Assembly (NCBI RefSeq): GCF_006345805.1
Contig: NC_042998.1
Coordinates: forward strand, 177,506,001 to 177,570,000
Origin: Octopus sinensis
Taxonomy: Eukaryota
DNA: 64,000 bases
Direction of reading: 5' to 3'
This document shows positions 54,579 to 64,000 of this stretch, one piece after another. The notes under the pieces are model-generated. The model was not told where the DNA came from and did not search any database. It was given only the letters and a program-made list of their open reading frames with translations. The number at the start of each line of letters is the position of its first letter. Position 1 is the first letter of the stretch. The translations under genes were made by a program, and so were the position numbers.

Positions 54579-57500
54579 CATTTCTATGTGACAAGTAGGG
54601 AGAAGTAGAACTGGCAGTGGGTATAAGGTAATGTTTAGAAGCAGATTTGGTGATAAGGAAAGGTGAAACATAATAGATAGAGATCAACTGTAATCAATTT
54701 GGAAACTGAAGAAATGTAGAAATCAAGAGACATTTCCCATTTCACTAATATTCTCTTCATATTGCACATAATTCTACAGTAAATATTATTGTGAGAATAC
54801 ACACATCTAAGGAAATAAATGCATACATAGGTAATTTTTCTCATATAATGTATACATATTGATAGCTGTTGAAGAAGTAAATGGAATCTTGAATAACTCC
54901 TCTGTTCCACATTTAGCTGACATTGACCTCCTACCACTTTTAGTTATAGAGTAATCTGAACAATAAAGGACTAAAAGAAGCAAGCAGTTGAAGGGATATG
55001 TGGAACTACCATGGTACACATTGGTGGACGGGTGCAGTTCACTTGTGAAATGTGAACAGTGAGTAATTAGAAAATTCATGATAATTCATCAGCTGTTACA
55101 AGCAACTGCTTCTCTGAACACCAAATGTAGTATGTATTTTCGATATGGTATAATCAATTTTAATATTACGAGTACATATTTTTTTTCAGGCATCCTATTT
55201 GATTATGTGTAGACATGCGTTTGTAATGTACAGAAACATTTTCCAATGCAGTTGCATAGTCCTTCAGTTTTACATGTATGGTTAAAGGCACAACTAAAGT
55301 TGATTTTATTTTATCAAAACATTATTTTACATGATCAGCAATGTGTAAGAGATCACATAGTTTACCAATTAACTTACTTAAATTTCCTTTTTAATTTGAA
55401 AATACATGCTAGAGAGTAAAGCGAAAAAAAAAAACCCTGAAGATACAAACAACTGTCACCTTGGAAACCTAGTTGTGTCTTCAACCATATCTATGTAAAT
55501 ACGAGCAAATTCTAAGTCAGTTTCCAAAGTACTAGTAATTTTTGGTTGGACCTAATGGTGAGAGAGAGAGTGAGAGAGTGAGAGAGAGAGAGAGAGAAAG
55601 ACAACAAAGGTTTCAAATGATTAACTAACTGCACACATACGATATAGTAAGATGGCAATATAAACTGCTGGAATAGTATAGCTACTTTGGATTAGATGGT
55701 AAACACTAATTCTCAACTGACCATTGAAGTTAAGCTTTGCAGCACAGATGTCCTGTACAAATATGTCAAAAGTTAAGGTAAGGGAGAGGGGCGAGGGAAA
55801 CTGGCAGGAAACTCTTAAAAGACAAAATCAGAATGTAAGGAAAATATGTTGTAAAATTATTTGCAGAAACATTGGTATTGTTGACATCAAAATTGGCAAA
55901 GTTATTAATATAGTCTTTCTACAGTTATTACCTTGTATGAAAAGCCAAATATAGAATTGAAACTGGTTCTAAGAGAATCAACCCACTGAGTATTAGACAG
56001 TCCTAAACATGTCTTACAGTTTTACTGTCAATTAAATGAAACCGGTTTTGAAGTCTACTGAATTTTTTGTTAGGGTTTTACTGACTATTGGTGTGTAAAC
56101 ATGAGATGGGGAAGGGATCATAATAATTTGCACATTCAATCAACAATCTTCAGTATTTCAAATCTTTTAGTTCACCCACCATTTTCAAAAGCATGTCAGA
56201 TTTATTGACCATTCAAGTTACCAAGCTCTCATTTAAAATTAATGTTGCTTAACTTTTGAGATCAGCTAAGTTTTGGTTTTCAATAAAAATTATAAAAATA
56301 GTTTTATTTTTTTTTAGACAAAAAGAAAGAAAGTTAGTACAAAAGAAGAAAGAAAAGTAGTTAGTACAAAAGAGAAAGGAAACAGCCTCCAAATATAGCA
56401 ATGTTACACACATGCCAAAAAAACAGTACTTTAGGAATATATATAGTAGCAATACAAATTTGACTGTTTTTTAAAAAAAATTTTTGGTTTTGTTCTTGTC
56501 ATTTTATTTATCTCTCCTCAATATCTTACATTCATTAGTTGGTATGAAGCATATTCTTCCTGTTCTCACATCTCTTATATTTAGAGACTTTCTATTAAGT
56601 ACATAGTAAAAAGGAAAGAACATGATAAGTTTACTTATCAGTACAAGAGAAAGAAAGCTTTCATAAATTATACAAGAGATGTATAAGAAATATTCAATAT
56701 ATGTTCATCTTTCGAAGCAAATTGTTATGTCAGTCAGTGAAATACATGCTCTGTAGCAGCAAGCAGTATATACCACATGATAAACATGCTTCATCAAAAT
56801 AAATCTCTAAGGGTTACAGGAAATAAACTTGGCAATTTTGAGCTCAACTTTCCCAACAGGCTTGACAAGTAAACAGAAAGGGTTGGGAGAACTGACTGTT
56901 TGCTCTATAATAATACTATTTCATGTAACTTCTTGACAAAAGAAGTGAATGAAACATAGTGTAAGATAAATTTATAATTCAGTGGAACTGGTGAAACTTG
57001 AGTTACTATGAGTAAAAATGCTCAAAATTTAACCCAAGGTTGCTAATATGTAAAAAAGTGTTTTTTAAAAAAATCTCATACTAGTAGCAGTCCATTCAAG
57101 TAAAAGTTGAAATGTTTACAAGGTTTATTACTTTATAATTTCTACAATCAAACATATAGTAATTAGTTGATCATGTAATTATTATACAATATATTGACAT
57201 AGACATCCCAAGGGCACCAACAGGTTCAGAGTCCAGATTTGAAAAGATCTCCGCTCAGCCAATAATGAGTGTTTAGATAAATGTTTACAAGTTAGTTATG
57301 GAATATATACTGTACAGAATGGAGAAGCTTAAACATCCTTATAAAACTAAAGTAAAAGGTTCAAGAATGTTTCAGCAGCAATCTTTTAAAATAATTTTGG
57401 ATTTTTGTTGTACTTTTAGGTTCTTCTGTTTGGGTTGAAATAACTAAAACTTTAGTGCAATACCTTATAAAATCATCTTGTACACAGACTGATTCGATAG

Positions 57501-58944
57501 CATAAATATATGCATGTGCACACAAACACACATCACATACACACAAACACACATACATATATATATGTCTTCACACAGACAAAGCAAACAAGCCGATTTT
57601 ACAACTGCTTCAGTTGGTAAACCCACCTATTATAAAATATGAAGATAGAAGTCAATATCTAATCAGGACAAGAACTTTTATTGAAATATGGAGTTAAATA
57701 AGAGAAGTAAACCACAGACAAAAAGTTGCAGCTAATATAAATATATGGACAATCAGAAAATAGAAATTTCTAAATAATGAAGGAAACAAATTTAAATAGA
57801 ATTCTTTATCACAGTCCTGAAATGAATAAGATGATTTATTAGAAGTAAAAAAGAAGAGGAAGAAGAAGAAGAAGCAAAAATGAAAACCAAAAGCTCAATT
57901 CACCAATTTATAAATGCAAGAGAAAGTTAACCTCAAACAGTATAAAATATTTTTCTACAGAGAGATGGTGTTCATACATTATTAGGCAACACATAAGCCA
58001 GATCCTGTTCACTGAAGATTTTGATTTTCTAAATAGTTCTGAAGTATTTGAGCATATACTTAATGTTTATGATAATTAGCCAAAGTAAGTTGGTCAGTAG
58101 TTTGAGAAGTATAAGGAGCATTTTGGATACTGAAAATAAACTGGGAGTAGAAAACTGGGCAGTCCTTTAGCAGTCAAGAAAAAGAGCTATGAAAATTGAG
58201 TATAAAGTCAGGAGTATAACAAAATTTAAAGGCTGGGACCTACTGAATGTTTCTTTGAGTGTTAATAGCACAAACCATAAAGTAAAAAAAAAAAAAAAAA
58301 AAAAAGCAACAGTTGACACACCTCAACTGAACTCAAGTGTCATTGCAATATCTCAGTGTCAGAATAAACTCATGACTCTGCAATACATCTGGGAAGACTG
58401 GAGCAATGAAGAGAGGTAGCAAAGGGAGAGCTGGGATTTCATTTCTTTTGTATTTCAAACAACAGGACAGATGTATTCTTCACAACACTTGGATGTCAGA
58501 TAACACAGAAAAATGATCATAGTGTTGAATAAATTTCACATGAACAAAAAAACTAAAATGTTTGTTGTAAAGAAAAGAACAGGGAATGCCTCAGGGTCAG
58601 TGACTCTACAGTTTGGTAAATGTAAGACTATTATGAATTTCAAAGTTGAATGTAACTGGATGTAGTAAGAATTATTGTATATGTTATAGCATGTGATGTG
58701 GGTAAAGGGTACATGATTTATAGTGTAAAAAATGTGATAGTTTGGGCTGTAGTGAAGTAGAGGTTTGTACAGATTGTAGTGTGTGATATATATCCGAAAG
58801 TAGTATGAAGTGCAGAGTGTGGTGTAGGCTAAGGACAGTATAGAAAATGAAGGGTATAGTCTAAGTGAAAACTACCCAGAGAGCCTAATACTCTATCAAA
58901 CATAGGCATGGGCTACCTTCTAGTTCATAGAATAAGATTGATAC

Positions 58945-59219
58945 TAGTGGTGCTCAGTCTTTTTGATTTTGAGGTGCACTGGAGATGGACAGAAGTATAC
59001 TGGTACACCTCATGGATAGTTAAAAGAAATCAGTTTTATATTTGAAAAATCTAGAAAATAATGTAGAAAACTATTGTTTACCTCATTTTATTAATCATAT
59101 TTATGTTTAACAAAATTATGAGTAACATGTTTTTCAAGAAGCTTAAGCAGTTGTACAGATTTTCTAAAGCCCTAAATTATATTGTTAAAAATCTGTGGCA
59201 CACCATTTGAGAACTACTG
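58945..59219. mobile_element. Possible hAT-type MITE remnant
   Basis: TAGTGGTGCTCAG ... TTTGAGAACTACTG termini; no matching TSD. Confidence 0.4.
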
Positions 59220-61287
59220 GTCTACATATACAGAATTCACAAATATAAGAACAACTCAATGGAACTTTTTACATGGAAACTCATAAAACATAACCCATCA
59301 TCATTAGTGCCACAACAATCATCACCAACATCCTTCCCATTTTTCTAATGAGGCCCACATCAGAATATAGAGAAAAAATGTGTGAAATTGCTACAACTGA
59401 ACAAAGATATTATATATATGCACTTCACATGACCTTTAGAAGTTTTTTTCATAGGGAATGGCTGAAGATAGTGACAGTAGTTAGAATGAAATACTAAAAA
59501 TCTGTATTGGGCTGATAAAAGCAAACACTAAGTTCCACGTAAAGAAATGAACAAAATAAATGTCAGTTCATATTACAGGAGGAAATACAGTGGTTTGAGC
59601 TTCTTTTATGAATAATTTGAATCACCATTCATGGTGTAGGGTAGTTACAAAATCAGAAAGAGAGACAGAGAGATGAAGGTGAGAGAAAATAAACAAAAAA
59701 ATAGAGTTGAGAAGATATGAATAAACAAAGAAGTAAAAATCATATTCAAACCATTTCACAATAACTACAATTAAAATCAGCTCTCTTTGAAAATAATGGA
59801 CAGAATCATTAAAAAGGAATGCAACAGAGATTTACTAAAATTTATTTAAAAATGATGAAATGGGTAAAAGGGCTTGATCAAGTTGTGATTAAATGATGAA
59901 GGAGTAAGCATTAAAAGAGTCAACACCATCCCTCCTATCAAATAAACATTTACAAAACATAATATAACATAAAATACAACACATGCATTTATGTATTTTA
60001 AACTAGGGGTGGATGCTTACACAAAGGACTTGTTGAAAGAATATCAAAATATCAAATTACTTTTGATTCCAATTCACCTGTGCTTTATGTCTGCATCTAT
60101 AATTTGTTTCAAATATATTTTATTTTCAATTCTAGATTACAACTCAAATGAAAAAAAAGACCTGTTATGCATACAGTCTGAAATAACTTCTCAAATTGCC
60201 AACACTCAGAGCTTAGACTGTACCATTTAAAATATAAAAGGAAAACAAGTGGCCCAGAATAATGGAGGGATAGAAGTGAAGCTTTTAAGAACTAGAGGCT
60301 TGAGATAATGATGCTATTTATATTTTTAAAAAATAACAGCAACAATAAAAAGGTTAAAAAAATAGCAAATAGATAATTGGCTCCTAAACTAAGAATAAGA
60401 TAGCGAAAATTAATATGGACTATCAAGTGTTAGCAAGAGAAAGAACTGATGTTGGTCAGTGATTATTCCTTGCACATTTGAAGAGTGATTACATGATTTT
60501 CAAAGAATAAAAAATAACTAATTATCAAAACAAAGTAGACCAAGAAGACTGCAAACACCTATTCCTCTTGAAGAAGAAACTGGTTTATAGCATTTCTTCT
60601 TCTTCTCAAGTGATTTAGGTGATAGTTCACAAATATGGACTAATTTATATATCATGGGGAGATGAGATAGATATCTATGGCAGCTGTTTTCTGTACATGT
60701 GTGATTATAACTTTTTGCATGTCAATTTATTTTTTAATGCCAATATGAACTAGACAACACATATTCAGGTAGAGGCATGGCCTAGCACATAAAATGAGTT
60801 CATTATTCAGCAATAGCTAACCACTATTTTAGGTAGAGCTCTCCAACTAAAAGATCAGGGATTGTTAGCATAATTAAGGACTTTTTACTTTATATTATCA
60901 TAATGCCAAGTTTAAGATAACCTGTAAGGTTTTGAAGCAGTTAAAAAAAATCCAGTGATTAGTAAATAGATGAATAAAGCTGCTGTTTAAAACACAACAG
61001 TTGTGTATATTCATCAAGTTGACAGAAGTTACATATAAAATCAGCTTACAGGGTACATGTCTACATAAGTACAACATTGGAATGACATGGGTTGACTAAA
61101 AAAAACTCAGAAAATGAAGGTGAGATTTACAAACATGAATATATTATACACTGCACATTTAAGGTTAAACAATTTGATTGTGTAAGAGTGTAACTGTATG
61201 TGTGTAATCTTTTTTCTTAATTTGAAGATTATGATTATATCAAGTCAAACCCTTGCAACTTTCCATGTGTAATGAGCAGGTGTGTTT

Positions 61288-61323
<36 letters not shown>

Positions 61324-62122
61324 AGACAAAGAGAGATCTGAGGGAAATAGTTGGAATATAAAAGAATGTATAAACTGACAAAATGAAGTACACATACATA
61401 TCATACTCATAGATATAAGCACTCACACATGCATGCAATAAAAAGCAGTTTGGAATGACCAACAAGGAGCAGCATTAACATCAGTAGTAGAGATTTGACA
61501 TGGATTAATGAACCACAGCAGTCATTAATGCTATCAGAATCTACACAATCATGTGTATATGTGTTGTGGGGGGAGTCAGAGGTTAAAGTGAGCAACTGAA
61601 CAATTTTGGTTAATTGCAACTTGTTCAAATGTGTTTGACTTACAGAAGACAGCAGTAAAAGAAAGGTCAAGGATAGCAGAGAAACAGATATTAGGCTACA
61701 TGTATACATGCTTATATGTGTCCATGTAGGTGCATGTATACTTGTGTGTATATATATTGGTCAGGTTAGGTCAAATAAAATGTAAAGTGTGTGTGTGTGT
61801 GAATATGGGGAAATAGAACAGATACACAAAGGTGAAAAGAAAGCACAGAAAAACAAGGAAGGCATTTGCCAAGATGGTTAGTTATTATAACAACAGATTT
61901 ATTAGGAAGGAGAAAAAAAATTAAAACAAAAATTAATGAAAAATAAACATTATTAAATTAGTTTCCTAACATTTAAATTAAAAATGAAACAACAACAAAA
62001 AAAAATAATACAATACAAAACAAAAAGAAACAAATTAAAGAAGTCCCACCCCTTCTGATCCACACCACACCATATTATATATCATATATAATACTATCAA
62101 ACATTTTTCAAATAGTTTATTG

Positions 62123-62167
<45 letters not shown>

Positions 62168-62475
62168 ATATATATATATAAAAGAAAAACAGAGGAATTA
62201 ACAAAACAAAATCCAACATAATGGTTTTGTTTCATTAGGCGCAAAGGCCCTATAACTTTGGGAAGTGTGGGAAGGGAGTTATGACAGTCATGCCTTTTCC
62301 AAGAACATTAGCCTATGTGTGTGTGTGTATGTGAAGCGAAATGGCTTCAAATCAGGAATTGAATCCATGTCACAATCTCAATTCAACTCGACAATAGCAG
62401 GCTTCTTACTGTATAAAGTGCCCATCACAACAAAATCCGACATGTTAATAGGAAGAAATATAGGGAGAGACAATT

Positions 62476-62511
<36 letters not shown>

Positions 62512-63073
62512 CTGATAAACATCCCCACACAAAACAAAAACAATAAAAGAGGCAAATAAACACATATCCCACCCCTCATACACTTAAAAAACTCCCTACA
62601 AATCACTCCTGTTGTTCTTTTTTATTCTTTTTTTTTACTTTAATGTTTTTCATTTATTATTTTGTTGATCTTTCAATGTTGTCAGTGTTACTAAGTGACA
62701 GCCATCAAGTGACAGTGTAAACAGATGTACATCTGGTCTCTAGATGCACAGCTGCTGTGTAGATACATTTACATCTGGTGTTTAGGGTACATACGTATAC
62801 ATCAAGTGTGTAGATGTACATAGATATATTAAATTTTAAAGAGATACATACAATGAGATGTTATCAGCTCTGTTTAACTTTAGTAGTAGTAGCAGCAGTA
62901 ATAGTGGTAATAATAGTAGTAGTAGCGGCAGTATATGGTCTTCTCTCTGTGTGTGTATGCGTGTGTGTGTGTGTGTGTAAGAAATATAGCTATGGTGCTC
63001 ATTTCTAGCAAGTTCATACACAAGATACATTCATTAATCCATCAATGGAGCAACTGCTGCACCCATGTTGGTG

Positions 63074-63108
<35 letters not shown>

Positions 63109-63577
63109 TGATTAGGCAAGTTGTTGGTACATCGAGATAGTCATACTAGTTAATGTGTACTTCAGCTAATTGGAGAAGGCATAAACAGTGATAAACCTAG
63201 TGCCAATGCAGCCTTTCAGATTGTTAGACAGATAGACACACACACACTAATGCATAAGTTCAAATGAAAACAAGTATAGAGCACTTTTAAATGATAATGT
63301 ACTAATAATAAGAGCAAATGATAATATAATATATATATACATATATATATATATATGTTTGTGTGTGTGCAAATGCATATGTATGTCAATGTATATATGT
63401 ATATGAATGTGTGTTTCTTTTCACTCTTTCTCACCAAAATTTTGATCAATACTTGATGTTGCGATGGAAAAGTTATACTTCTGTTCAAGAATTTCAGTCG
63501 TTACAGCATTCAACATCGTTGTCTTTGTATTTTATTCTTTTTTTTTTTTTTTTTTTTAAATATTTTGTTCGGATTAT

Positions 63578-63608
<31 letters not shown>

Positions 63609-64000
63609 ACTTTTTTTTAAAAAAGATTTTAAATTTTAATACTTAATAGTTATGGTCTCTTTTCATGATTCTCTCTCTCCCCCCTCTCTCTCTCTCTATT
63701 TCACTTTTCTCTCTGTCTCTGTCTGCCAATGGCACAAGAGAAGTTGTAGAGAGGAGAAACACTAGGGTGAATGGTCAATATATATATATATGTATGTATA
63801 TATATATATATATGTGTGTTTGTATGTGTTTATGTATATATGTGTGTAATATATATATATGTATATACATGTATGCTTAAATATATAAATGTATATATAT
63901 ACATATATATATGTATATATATATATATGTGCATATATATGTATATACAAACACATACAACCCTATACATATGCACACATGCATATATATATATATATAT

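Noticed and set aside
54415-55079. Overlapping minus-strand ORFs of 70-100 aa
   Set aside because: No recognisable domain or splice support; partly (AG)n-derived
62690-62830. Short palindromes (AGATGTACATCT, CACAGCTGCTGTG) as a possible miRNA hairpin
   Set aside because: Stems too short for a pre-miRNA and no known seed recognised

Overview
Eukaryotic, AT-rich and microsatellite-rich DNA, most likely from an octopus or other coleoid cephalopod (inferred from the SINE/LINE families; not verifiable here). No prokaryotic features. One protein-coding gene dominates 1.9-44.6 kb on the + strand: an NME8/NME9-type gene (TXNDC3/TXNDC6; sea-urchin outer-arm dynein IC1 architecture) encoding thioredoxin + 3 NDP-kinase domains + an acidic tail. 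I reconstructed 16 GT-AG exons by hand; all phases join into one frame (938 aa inside the window; the N-terminal exon(s) were not found and probably lie upstream). Main points: (i) the thioredoxin site reads WAGPC, not WCGPC; (ii) the tail is 29 near-identical KPPEAAE(E)xx units; (iii) this array sits between a consensus donor (GAG|GTAAGT, 43604/5) and an in-frame acceptor (TTGCAG|AAT GAA TAA, 44556/7), with a separate AATAAA available for each outcome, suggesting a splice-switchable 276-aa polyanionic tail. The introns and 45-54 kb hold many decayed transposons (RTE, CR1, L2, L1/Tx1 and HERO-like LINEs; several tRNA-derived SINEs; mariner, Tc1, Tigger, hAT, Merlin-like, Helitron-like and piggyBac-like DNA elements) and two minisatellites. 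The 54-64 kb block is nearly transposon-free, strand-skewed and has no recognisable CDS.
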